A program made the translations under genes and the position numbers. The notes beneath the pieces were generated by a model. It had not been told where the DNA came from. It ran no database searches and saw nothing but the letters and a program-made list of their open reading frames with translations. A DNA stretch of 64,000 bases, taken from Limisphaerales bacterium. Its GTDB lineage: Bacteria; Verrucomicrobiota; Verrucomicrobiia; Limisphaerales; JBBRWD01. The stretch lies in contig JBBRWD010000003.1 in assembly GCA_038249465.1 (NCBI GenBank), positions 102,355 to 166,354 of the forward strand, written 5' to 3'. Of the stretch, positions 1 to 8,737 are shown piece after piece; position 1 is the first letter of the stretch; each line of letters starts with the position of its first letter.

Positions 1-77
1 TGACGAATCGCCCCTCCCGCCTGACGCGATGAGTATTTCCGCCGAGGTCGCTCACCAATCCCCACTGGTTTCGTGGC

Positions 78-3000
78 TTACGCCGGGCCGAGGCGCTGCA
101 CCAATCCGGCGTCACCATGATTTTCCGGCGGCAGATGGCGGCGCAGGTTTTCCGCGAGTTCATCGAGCACTGCGGGCTGGGAAGGCTTGGCCGCCAGCAG
201 GAGTCGCGCAAGGGTCTTGTCCAGGCTGGTCTGACTCGCGCAGGCCATCGGGACGAGCTGCAGAATCAGGCGCGTGCGCTCGTCCGGCGGGAGGTTCGGC
301 ACGACCAGTGCCTCCGCGCAAAAGCGGGTGGCCAGCCAGGGAGCGAATCGCGGATCGGGAACGCGCACCGGCAGGTTTTCCGCCAGTTTCTTCCCGGTGT
401 CCGTGATCTCCGGATTCAGTCGCTGAAAATCCGCCAGGGGCCATTGATAGATCCGGGCCAGTTCCTCCAGCGAAGCGGCGCTCTTGACCCAGTCCGGCAC
501 CGGATGCGAACCGCCACCCGGGGTGCGTCCGGGATAACCCCACCCCACGACGTGCAACGCGGCAAATTCGGCGGCCTGCGGATTGGCGAGAAACCGGCGC
601 AGGAGTTCAGCGAACGAAACCGCATCCTGGAATGCCGCGACGTTTCCCCACCAGTTGCGTGTCACCGCCAGGCAGCGGCTCACGGTGCGGGCACAAAAGG
701 TTGGATCCTGCACGTTGTCTGCGGCGCGGGCCGCACTCGCCAGAGCCGCGCCGATCTGCGCCGCCTGACCGCCGCAAATCCACAGCGATTCGGCGATCCC
801 CAGACAGGCCGGCGTTTGAAATCCGGCAAAGCCGAAGGGGAGTGACAATGCGAGCCGGAGCAGGCCGTCGGCCTGGGCGCGGTTTCCATCAATCACGGCC
901 AGCGCCTCGGCCAGGGAGCAAAGCCGCCGCCGGTGGTCGCCCCATGAATCGCTGGCGTGGCGTTCCTGTTTGAGTTGATCGGCCTCGACGGCGATGCGCT
1001 GGATGGTTTGATCGGCGGCGGATTTTTCGGTGGGATTCCGCGCGGCGCGCAGGCGTTGCAGCGTCAACGGAGCGGCCGAAGTGAACTCTCTCCCCTGCCC
1101 CGACAAAGCCGCTTCGCAGAGCGTTTGCATCATGCCGCGCGCCCAGGCGTCGTCAGGATGCGTCAGCACGGCGATGGCGATGCGCCAGAGAGATTCATTG
1201 CGATAGACACGATACGCGTTGGCGGAATGCACGGCGATGTAATCGCGCAGCCGCTGCGTGCCGGCTTCCGGCGCCACCAGCGCGTAGGCCACCAGCCGCG
1301 GCGCATGAAAATCCGCGAGGTAAACGCGCCCTTCCGAAGAACCCCCGGGCGGCGCGGGGACGGTCGCTTCGACCGGCGCCAGGCCCCGTGCTTCGCCACC
1401 CAGACCAAATCCGCCGATCTCCGACAAAACCTGCAAGGCTTCCATTTCATTACCGCCGCCGGGCGGTGGCGGCAGGACGGGCGGGCGGCCCTCGAACGCC
1501 GCGTCCACGCGCTCGTTCAATAACGCACCGGAACGCGCGCGCTGACGCAAGGCCTCGGCGGCTGGGCGGTTTTTTGGCAGCGCCAGCCACGCGCCAACGA
1601 GCTGGGCGGCGGTGCGCCATTGCTCGGCCGGAAAGAGTTCGAGCTCCTTCTCGAAGGCATCGACCTCGCCATCGCTGGCGAGCTTGAACAAACGGGTGGA
1701 ATTCAAACGCTCGCGACGAAAGGCGAGCAACGCCAGTGACGCGGTGGATGTCAATGGCACGGCCAGGGCCGGAGGGCGATGCAGGGCCGCATCGAGCGCG
1801 GTCAGCAGGCTGTGATGCAGACCGAGCGCATCCGCCGAGCGACGAAACTGCACCGCCGGATCGACTGCGAAACGCACGAGCCGCTCCGCCGCGGATTTGC
1901 GGGCTGCGGGGTCGAGTTCGCGCGCATTGTGCGCCAGATGCGTGGCGAGGTGGCTGAGGGCGTAGGGACTCAGTTCGGCGACATCGGTTTCAAACAAGCC
2001 CCAGAATCCTTCCGCAAGCGCTTGATGTCCGGTGGCGGGTGCCGCCGAGTATTTCGCGCCCTGGCGCGCGGGATCCGTCAGCCAGTCGGCGAGGGCCTTG
2101 TGGAAGAGCGCATAGCGTGGTGGCTGCTCCAGGCTTGGTCGCAGAAACGAAGTTGCCGCCAGCAACAGTTGCGCCGTGGCCGCCGGTGCGCTTAGGCGCA
2201 AGGCGGTGGCGAGATCGGCAACGGTGAGTTGATCCTGCGCGGCGACGAGCACCTCGAACAATCGCCGCACCGGCTGCCAGCGCGCGTCGCTGGGAAATTG
2301 GCGCTCGAAAAACCACTGAAACTGATCGTGCAATCCGGGCGGGAGCAGAGGCAATTCATCCAGCGTCACCAGTCCGCTTGCGACCGCGTCGAGCGCCTTC
2401 TGCACGTAGAGGAAATTTCCCTGCGCGCGGGAGACGAGGTCGGTCGCGATCTTCGCCGCAGTCGCACCACCCGCCGCCAGCTTGGGCGCGAACGACGTCT
2501 CCGCCAGCCTTTGCAAAGCGTAGGCCTCGAGATCAGAAAGGTTGCGCGGATCCTGCGCCTCGACCTGGCGGGCCTTGAGCGCCTGGAGCGACAGCAAAAC
2601 CTCCGGCTCCTTGCGCGTGGTCGCAAGCAGGCGCAGCCACGGCGGCAGCTTCTCCACGGCGCCACGCAACAAATCAACGATGGTCAGCGGCGCGGGACCG
2701 GAGCCTGCGTTCTGGCGCGGCAGGATCGCCTCGTCGAGCGCGTCGATGACCAGCAGGCGGAGTCCATCGGGCGGAGCCGGCAGGTGGGCGAGCGGATTGA
2801 GCACACCCCGATCGAAGGCGCTCAGCGGATCCTTGTCGCACGCGCTCTCGCTCAAAATCTGGCGCAACTCCGGACGATCGAGTGCGGTGGCATAATCAGG
2901 GCAACGACTCGCAATCATGGCGGCCAGACTGCGCACGCAACGCCCGGGATTCAGCGTCTCCGGCACGCGCGACTGGCAGCAATGGTAGGCGAGCACCGCG

Positions 3001-3689
3001 CCTTCGAGATTGCGGTGGACGAGTTCCGCGACGATGGCGGATTTGCCGATGCCCGGGTCGCCGGTCACCAGGAGCGATGGCTCGCCGCCCTGATGCAGCC
3101 ATTGGCGGATCTCCTCGAACAGCCAGTCGCGTCCGGTGAAGTGTTCGCGCTTGCGATCGAGGAACTCGCCAAAATCCCAGGGTTGCAACTGATCGACCCA
3201 GTTACGGTAAGGAACCTTCTCGCCGCGCAACATTGCCTCCAGCCCTTCGCGCAGTTTCTGGAACGCGAGGTCAAACTCGGCCGGCGATTGTTTCCAGCGC
3301 GAGAAATCCAGGAACTGGAGCCGGAAAATATCCAGCGGCACCTCGCATGGCGGCGCCACGACCATCACCGGCAGGATGGGCGTATGAGTCTGGTAGCAGG
3401 CGAAAGCAACCTCCTGGAGGCAGACGCTGTCCACATCCGCGCCGCCGGCGCGCGTGCGGACCGAGTGCGGGCTGAGCAGCGCCACGAAGAGCTTCGTGGT
3501 CTTGAGGCCCTGCACAATTTGATCGGCCCACGCCGGGCCGCCAATGATCTCCCGCGTGTCCTGCCAGGGCACGTAGCCGAGTTGCGTCAGTTCCTGGTGC
3601 AGTCGCTCTGCGAGATCCTTCGCGTCCGCCCGGCCGTAGCTGAGAAAGATCCGGTCGCCGGAGCCCGTCGTCATGGTGGTGTTACACAT
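78..3689 (-). CDS. TIR-NACHT (STAND NTPase) NLR-like protein with long C-terminal alpha-helical repeat/sensor region
   Basis: Single 1203-aa ORF. The N-terminal ~140 aa look TIR-like ('RIFLSYGRAD', alphaC-like 'SVCLQEV' resembling the SxxCLxEL catalytic-Glu motif). The P-loop NTPase has Walker A 'LLVTGDPGIGKSAIV' and Walker B 'LRLLVIDALDEA'. About 700 aa of Ala/Leu-rich helical repeats follow. The gene runs to within 78 nt of the window edge. Confidence 0.7.
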   Translation of the reverse strand: MCNTTMTTGSGDRIFLSYGRADAKDLAERLHQELTQLGYVPWQDTREIIGGPAWADQIVQGLKTTKLFVALLSPHSVRTRAGGADVDSVCLQEVAFACYQTHTPILPVMVVAPPCEVPLDIFRLQFLDFSRWKQSPAEFDLAFQKLREGLEAMLRGEKVPYRNWVDQLQPWDFGEFLDRKREHFTGRDWLFEEIRQWLHQGGEPSLLVTGDPGIGKSAIVAELVHRNLEGAVLAYHCCQSRVPETLNPGRCVRSLAAMIASRCPDYATALDRPELRQILSESACDKDPLSAFDRGVLNPLAHLPAPPDGLRLLVIDALDEAILPRQNAGSGPAPLTIVDLLRGAVEKLPPWLRLLATTRKEPEVLLSLQALKARQVEAQDPRNLSDLEAYALQRLAETSFAPKLAAGGATAAKIATDLVSRAQGNFLYVQKALDAVASGLVTLDELPLLPPGLHDQFQWFFERQFPSDARWQPVRRLFEVLVAAQDQLTVADLATALRLSAPAATAQLLLAATSFLRPSLEQPPRYALFHKALADWLTDPARQGAKYSAAPATGHQALAEGFWGLFETDVAELSPYALSHLATHLAHNARELDPAARKSAAERLVRFAVDPAVQFRRSADALGLHHSLLTALDAALHRPPALAVPLTSTASLALLAFRRERLNSTRLFKLASDGEVDAFEKELELFPAEQWRTAAQLVGAWLALPKNRPAAEALRQRARSGALLNERVDAAFEGRPPVLPPPPGGGNEMEALQVLSEIGGFGLGGEARGLAPVEATVPAPPGGSSEGRVYLADFHAPRLVAYALVAPEAGTQRLRDYIAVHSANAYRVYRNESLWRIAIAVLTHPDDAWARGMMQTLCEAALSGQGREFTSAAPLTLQRLRAARNPTEKSAADQTIQRIAVEADQLKQERHASDSWGDHRRRLCSLAEALAVIDGNRAQADGLLRLALSLPFGFAGFQTPACLGIAESLWICGGQAAQIGAALASAARAADNVQDPTFCARTVSRCLAVTRNWWGNVAAFQDAVSFAELLRRFLANPQAAEFAALHVVGWGYPGRTPGGGSHPVPDWVKSAASLEELARIYQWPLADFQRLNPEITDTGKKLAENLPVRVPDPRFAPWLATRFCAEALVVPNLPPDERTRLILQLVPMACASQTSLDKTLARLLLAAKPSQPAVLDELAENLRRHLPPENHGDAGLVQRLGPA

Positions 3690-3707
3690 GGTGTTTATCC
3701 TGGGGTG

Positions 3708-4883
3708 CTATGGATTCGTTGGAGCTTGGTTGCCGGCGGCGATGGCCTTGACTCGGGCTTGTTGCGCCTCCGCGTCCTTGTTGGCGAGCACGGGCCGGAG
3801 ATTGCTGAGCGAACGGAGCAGGTTGAACCAGAACGGCGCGCCCAGACTCAACATAGCGATGCTGACCATGACGCCACCCCAATGTCTCCCGACCGCCCGC
3901 GACCACGACTCGCCCGGCAGCCGCGAATGGATGACCCCGAGTGCGAGGTGGCTCTCGACAAGGCTGTGCAGATGGTCCGCCGACTGGCGAAGCGCCGCCT
4001 GCGGGACGAGCGCCTGATATTCTTCGAGCCAGCGGGCGGAATTGGTCACACCGTTCGCCTGGCATTGCGCGATCAGCCAGTTGGTGCCACTGCGCAGGTC
4101 GGTGATGGCTGCGATCCCGGAGAATTTAGCCAGTTCGTTGGTGTGCAGGGCGAGCAATTGTCCGGCAGCCACGCGATAGACCGCGGCGGGCAGATTCGTT
4201 GAGCCGGCCTGCATTTCATCGGCCTTCTTGAGAAGCGCGTCGCTGGTGGCGATAACCCGCAGGCGCAACTCGGGACTGCGCGCCAGTTGCTGCCACAGCT
4301 CGATGCTATCGACCAGCAGCACGAGTGAAACGATCCCGGCGCCCAGGATGGTGATGAGGCGCATGTTGGCGGAAAACCGCTGCGAAACTCGGCTCATGCT
4401 GGACTCGAACCATTCGGCCAGGCCGTCCTCGATCCCTTGGAGTTTGGCGAGTTCCGTTGTCGCTAGTTCGCGGAACGACCCGGGCACGTTGAGCGAATCG
4501 AGCACCTTGGTGCGGGCCGCCTTTTCCTGCGCGGTCGTCTGCGGCATGGCCAGCGCGGTGCGCCAGCGGGAGAGAAGACCGGTCAATTCCTCCGGCCGGA
4601 TGTGGCTCGCGTAACGCCACCAGGTCCACCCGATCTTCCGGGCGGCGAAGGTCGAATCGGAGAGCAGCGGATGCAGCAGAATGTGCCGGGCGAGAGTCTG
4701 GGCCATTATCTCATCGAGCTGGGGTGCCAGGGTGGCAAAGAGCTTTATGAGACCCCACTTCAAGTTGAGTCCGCGCAGGCCGAGCAGACCGGAGATCGCC
4801 TGGGTCAGCGCGGTGATGACGAGGCTCAGTCCCGCCATGACGGCGGCGAAGGCGAGGATGGTGTCGAAGTGTTCGAGGTTCAC
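3708..4883 (-). CDS. predicted three-TM membrane protein of unknown function, co-oriented 18 bp upstream of the TIR-NACHT gene
   Basis: 391-aa ORF with hydrophobic helices at the N-terminus ('ILAFAAVMAGLSLVITALTQAI'), the middle ('LITILGAGIVSLVLLV') and near the C-terminus ('VMVSIAMLSLGAPFWFNLL'). No recognisable catalytic motif. Its stop lies 18 nt before the start of the next gene, consistent with an operon. Confidence 0.55.
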   Translation of the reverse strand: MNLEHFDTILAFAAVMAGLSLVITALTQAISGLLGLRGLNLKWGLIKLFATLAPQLDEIMAQTLARHILLHPLLSDSTFAARKIGWTWWRYASHIRPEELTGLLSRWRTALAMPQTTAQEKAARTKVLDSLNVPGSFRELATTELAKLQGIEDGLAEWFESSMSRVSQRFSANMRLITILGAGIVSLVLLVDSIELWQQLARSPELRLRVIATSDALLKKADEMQAGSTNLPAAVYRVAAGQLLALHTNELAKFSGIAAITDLRSGTNWLIAQCQANGVTNSARWLEEYQALVPQAALRQSADHLHSLVESHLALGVIHSRLPGESWSRAVGRHWGGVMVSIAMLSLGAPFWFNLLRSLSNLRPVLANKDAEAQQARVKAIAAGNQAPTNP

Positions 4884-5082
4884 GGTGGTTCCTTTCGTTC
4901 TCTGATTTGCCTCGGGACTTTGGTGTGTTTTGGCGTCGGCCGATGGCGCCCTCGCCCTGCGGCCGCACGGTGTGAGTCTATCAGGAACTCCCGGCGCGAC
5001 CAGATGATTTTAAGGCAAACCGATGCCAGGCAGTAGTGGCCAAGCAGGAGCGTCCTTCCGCCCCAGCGGCCGAAGGGCACTG

Positions 5083-5652
5083 CTACGGTTTGACCGCCTC
5101 GTAGGTGGCGCGAAACAGCGCCTGGTCCACCACCCAGACGTCCTCGGGATGCGCCACGGCACGGTCGCGAAAATTTTTAAGAACGAAGTCGCCCGGTTTG
5201 CCCGCCAGCGTTCCCCAGGTGGCTGCCACGGAAAACGGGTGTGGCACCGGCGCGGCCATGACCCCTTCCGCGTCGGGACGCGGCTGGTATTTTCGCCAGC
5301 CGCCTTCGGTCACGGCGCCGGTCGGCGTGTAGCGGGCTTCGAGGGTTTTCGCGGATTGCGGCCAAAGATCGCCCGCCTCGCCACGGCACAGGTAATCGCC
5401 GGCCTTTGCGGTGACGTCTCCTTCGAGCGTCGCGACGGTCTGTTCGCGCTCGATCAGCCGCGCCCAGATCGGCCGGTTCTTCTTCGCGTGAAACCAGGCG
5501 CGGGCGGAATCGAGTTCGTCAAGCAGGGCTTGGTTGGGTGAGATCGGGGCGTTCATTTTGGCAGGCTGAGGTGAATGATTGCATCCCGGGAGCAGGAACA
5601 GAGTCGCAATGGCACCGAGGCTCATCAGGCATTTTCTCCGGACGCTGAACAT
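5083..5652 (-). CDS. hypothetical lipoprotein
   Basis: 189-aa ORF with a signal peptide plus lipobox 'LFLLPGC'. No recognised domain. Confidence 0.5.
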   Translation of the reverse strand: MFSVRRKCLMSLGAIATLFLLPGCNHSPQPAKMNAPISPNQALLDELDSARAWFHAKKNRPIWARLIEREQTVATLEGDVTAKAGDYLCRGEAGDLWPQSAKTLEARYTPTGAVTEGGWRKYQPRPDAEGVMAAPVPHPFSVAATWGTLAGKPGDFVLKNFRDRAVAHPEDVWVVDQALFRATYEAVKP

Positions 5653-6096
5653 GGTGCGATAGTGCGATGCCGCGCCGGGACATCAACTTCATTCCTGCCC
5701 ATTCGGATCGGGAGCTGTTCGAACTGGACCAGAAATTGTTGATGGGGGAACGCGTGTCCCAAGCATTTCGCCCGCTCTCTCGTAGCGCGCAGGTTTCCCA
5801 GCCTGCTGCATCGCGGGTTCCCCAACCCGCCTGCCCCTCGAACTGCTGAACCACCGGCCCATTTTCTTGTCGAGAATCTTCCCGGCGATTCCATCCGCCG
5901 CGCGCCAGGCCACCGGGTGCCACTGCGTTTTGGCAATCGATTGGCTCAGTGCTACCGCAGCCCGGCCTGCCGTTTGCCAGGCTTCAGGCGCCGCTCAGGT
6001 TGCGTCCCCGCAGAGCCCCATGCTCCGCTGAAGCAAATCCATCTTCGTGCCCTGTCCAGGCGCCGACAACAAACAACCTCCTCTCACGTCATTATT

Positions 6097-6136
6097 CCAC
6101 TTTTGATCGCACAGCCTCGTCCACTTTTGATCGCAC
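6097..6136. repeat. tandem pair of family-B TIR-like fragments 'ccacttttgatcgcac' (solo-TIR remnants) adjacent to MITE A1
   Basis: 'ccacttttgatcgcacagcctcgtccacttttgatcgcacc'. It matches the family-B terminus 'ccacttttgatcacac' with 1 mismatch, twice. Confidence 0.4.
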
Positions 6137-6170
6137 CACCACACAGACGATTGCGAAGATGTCCTTGCGC

Positions 6171-6329
6171 GGGCGCATCTCTCGACACTGCCCCCGGCGC
6201 GCGGCCTTCAGGCCACTTCGATAGACAGGGAGACAAGGTGCCATCATTGCCCGGCTTGCGCACGGTGAAGCGACGTCAACGTCGCGCTCCAACCCAGTTG
6301 CATCCGGGGCCAAGTGCGCGGATGCGCCC
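6171..6329. mobile_element. MITE-like palindromic element, family A, copy 1 (~159 bp, ~24-bp terminal inverted repeats)
   Basis: Left TIR 'gggcgcatctctcgacactgcccccg' and right TIR 'cggggccaagtgcgcggatgcgccc'. Internal stem 'gaagcgacgtcaacgtcgcgctcc'. The same family occurs at 9855 and 20234. Confidence 0.6.
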
Positions 6330-6404
6330 TCCTTGCGCGGAGATGGTCATTGCCCGTGTCTTGGGCATCCGCTAGTTGTTCGCGCGCGGTGTTTGTCCGC
6401 ATTC

Positions 6405-7091
6405 ATGAGCTTCCAATGGTATCTCTGGTCATCGGGTTGTGGGGACGCCGCGGAAAACATGGCGGCCGACGAAGCCCTGCTCGAAGGCACACGCGTCCAT
6501 GGCCGGCCGGTGCTGCGCGTTTATGGCTGGGCGGTTCCCGCCGCCACGTTCGGCTACTCGCAACACTATGCGGAGGTCGCCCGTGTCACGTTGCTGCGCC
6601 CGCTCATCCGCCGTCCCACCGGTGGCGGTCTTGTGCCGCACGACGCGGACTGGACCTACTGTCTGGCCATTCCGCCCGACAACGCGTGGAATGCGCTCAC
6701 TGCGGTGGAGAGTTACCGCCGCGTGCATGAATGGATTCGCCGGGCGTTGGCGCAGATGGGCGTCGAGACGGAACTCGCGCCGTGTTGTCGCCAGGATGCG
6801 CCCGGGCAATGCTTCGCCGGCGCGGAGAGATTCGATGTCCTCTGGCAAGGGCGGAAGATCGCGGGTGCCGCACAACGCCGCAATCGCAGCGGTCTGCTGA
6901 TTCAAGGCTCGGTGCAGCCGCCGCCGCTGCGTCTCTGCCGCGAGGATTGGGAGCAGGCGATGACTGAAACCGCGACGCGTGAATGGAGCGTGGCGTGGTC
7001 GCCGCTAAAACCGTCGGAGGCGTTTCGCGAAACCATCCGCCGGCTCTGCGAGGAGAAATACTCGCGGGACGCATTCAACCGGCGGCGGTGA
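6405..7091 (+). CDS. lipoate-protein ligase / octanoyltransferase family protein (BPL/LPL catalytic domain)
   Basis: Motif 'RRPTGGGLVPHD' resembles the LplA/LipM 'RRxTGGGAVxHD' signature. The start was chosen at the internal ATG (MSFQW...) because the upstream part of the long ORF overlaps a repeat element. Confidence 0.55.
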   Translation: MSFQWYLWSSGCGDAAENMAADEALLEGTRVHGRPVLRVYGWAVPAATFGYSQHYAEVARVTLLRPLIRRPTGGGLVPHDADWTYCLAIPPDNAWNALTAVESYRRVHEWIRRALAQMGVETELAPCCRQDAPGQCFAGAERFDVLWQGRKIAGAAQRRNRSGLLIQGSVQPPPLRLCREDWEQAMTETATREWSVAWSPLKPSEAFRETIRRLCEEKYSRDAFNRRR

Positions 7092-7345
7092 AGACGTGTC
7101 CGTCGGGGTGGCCGGGCAGCGGATAAACCGGAACTCCGAAATCGGGACCAGGAGCGCGCAGGCATCCCGCCTGCAGGGGGCTTCGCATCTCAGGCACGAC
7201 TCAAATCCAGGCGCCGATGCAGCGGGACGGCTGTGCCAAGTCCTCCGCTGTCATCTGCCAGGGCGGAAAGCGATGGCACCCCGCCGTCCGGGCGCTTTGA
7301 ATGCCGCCGCGCCGGCAACGGTCAAAGCTGGCGCAAAAATCTATC

Positions 7346-8653
7346 ATGATGAAAACCACTCTCTTTATCAACGTCTCCGCGTGCCTCGCCTCGACGGCGC
7401 TGCTCGTCACTATGCTCCCGGTTTCGGCTGGCGACTGGCCGCAATATCGCGGACCGAATCACAACGGGAAATCCTCCGAGACGATCAACGCCGATTGGGG
7501 CGCTGCCGGACCGAAACCCGTCTGGAAAATTCCGACCAAGAATGGTTTTAGTTCCTTCGCGGTCAGCGGCGGCAAGGCTTACACGCAGGTCAACCGCGAG
7601 ATCAACGGCGGGCCGCGCGAGATCGTCATTGCTCTGGACGCGAACACGGGCAAGGAACTGTGGCTGGCGGATGTCGGCTCGGGCAAATACGACGGCGGCG
7701 GCGACGCAGGGACGTCCGAAAACCGCGGCGGCGACGGACCGCGCTCCACACCGACCGTGAATGACGGCAAGGTCTATGTGTTCAATCAGTTTCTGGTGGT
7801 GTACTGCCTCGACGCGCAGAACGGCAAATTGCTTTGGAGCCGCGATCTTTTGAAGGACCACGGCGGACGCAACATCGGGTGGAAGAACGCCGCTTCGGCG
7901 GTGGTGGATGGTGACCTGGTGTTTGCCGCGGGCGGCGGCCCGGGCGAATCGTTGCTGGCCCTTAACAAGAACACCGGGGAAGTCATCTGGAAGGCGCACG
8001 ATGAAATGATCACGCACGCCACGCCGGTGGTCGCCACGATCCAGGGCGAGCGCCAGGTGATCTTCTTCCTGCAAAAGGGTCTGGTCTCGGTCGCGCCGAA
8101 GGACGGCAAAATCCTCTGGCGTTTTCCCTTCCGCTATAATGTCTCCACGGCGGCCTCGGCCGTCGTCTGCGGCGACATCGTGTATTGCTCGGCGGGTTAC
8201 GGCGTCGGCGGCGGCGCGTGCAAGATCACCAAGGACGGCGACCAGTTCACGGCCACCGAACTCTACAAGATCACGGGCGACCGACAGATCGCCAACCACT
8301 GGAGCACCCCCGTCTTCAAGGATGGCTTCCTGTACGGGATGTTCAGCTTCAAGAAATATGGTGTCGGTCCGCTGAAGTGCGTCGAGGTCGCCACCGGTCA
8401 GGTCAAGTGGGAGAAGGCCGGTTTCGGTGCCGGCAACGTGACCATTGCTGGCGACAAGATCCTGGCGCTGGCGGACACGGGGGATCTCGTGGTGGTCGAA
8501 GCGACTCCTGACGCCTACAAGGAAGTCGCCCGCACCAAGGTGGTGGCTGGCAAATGCTGGTCCACCCCAGCCTTCAGCAACGGCCGCATTTACGTGCGCA
8601 GTACCACGGAAGGCGCCTGCCTCGACGCCTCCGGCAGGCCCGCGCAGAATTAG
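7346..8653 (+). CDS. PQQ-like beta-propeller repeat protein (BamB-like fold), secreted
   Basis: Signal peptide 'MMKTTLFINVSACLASTALLV' followed by 'DWPQYRGPNHNG', typical of PQQ-like propeller proteins. Repeated 'G.VYV/..DG' blades follow. Confidence 0.65.
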   Translation: MMKTTLFINVSACLASTALLVTMLPVSAGDWPQYRGPNHNGKSSETINADWGAAGPKPVWKIPTKNGFSSFAVSGGKAYTQVNREINGGPREIVIALDANTGKELWLADVGSGKYDGGGDAGTSENRGGDGPRSTPTVNDGKVYVFNQFLVVYCLDAQNGKLLWSRDLLKDHGGRNIGWKNAASAVVDGDLVFAAGGGPGESLLALNKNTGEVIWKAHDEMITHATPVVATIQGERQVIFFLQKGLVSVAPKDGKILWRFPFRYNVSTAASAVVCGDIVYCSAGYGVGGGACKITKDGDQFTATELYKITGDRQIANHWSTPVFKDGFLYGMFSFKKYGVGPLKCVEVATGQVKWEKAGFGAGNVTIAGDKILALADTGDLVVVEATPDAYKEVARTKVVAGKCWSTPAFSNGRIYVRSTTEGACLDASGRPAQN

Positions 8654-8737
8654 AATCGCCAGCGGTTTCTCCACGCCGATGCCAGCGGCCTTTGTGCGCA
8701 GCTTCGGCGTGTTCGTTTTTTCATCAGGTGGCGGGAT

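Noticed and set aside
29-973. Several 60-240-aa ORFs on both strands at the left edge
   Set aside because: All fall inside the 3' part of the TIR-NACHT gene and have low-complexity translations.
2229-4202. 657-aa plus-strand ORF, plus many other long ORFs antisense to real genes: 7322..8674(-), 10346..12064(-), 12392..14122(-), 14964..16238(+), 25206..26135(+), 27285..29450(+), 31263..33080(-), 34566..36323(-), 37811..38896(-), 42377..43459(+), 51332..53302(-), 54368..56023(+), 43666..44529(+)
   Set aside because: Arg/Ala/Gly-rich, low-complexity translations with no motifs. Each is fully shadowed by a motif-rich gene on the opposite strand. These are typical open antisense frames in >60% GC DNA.
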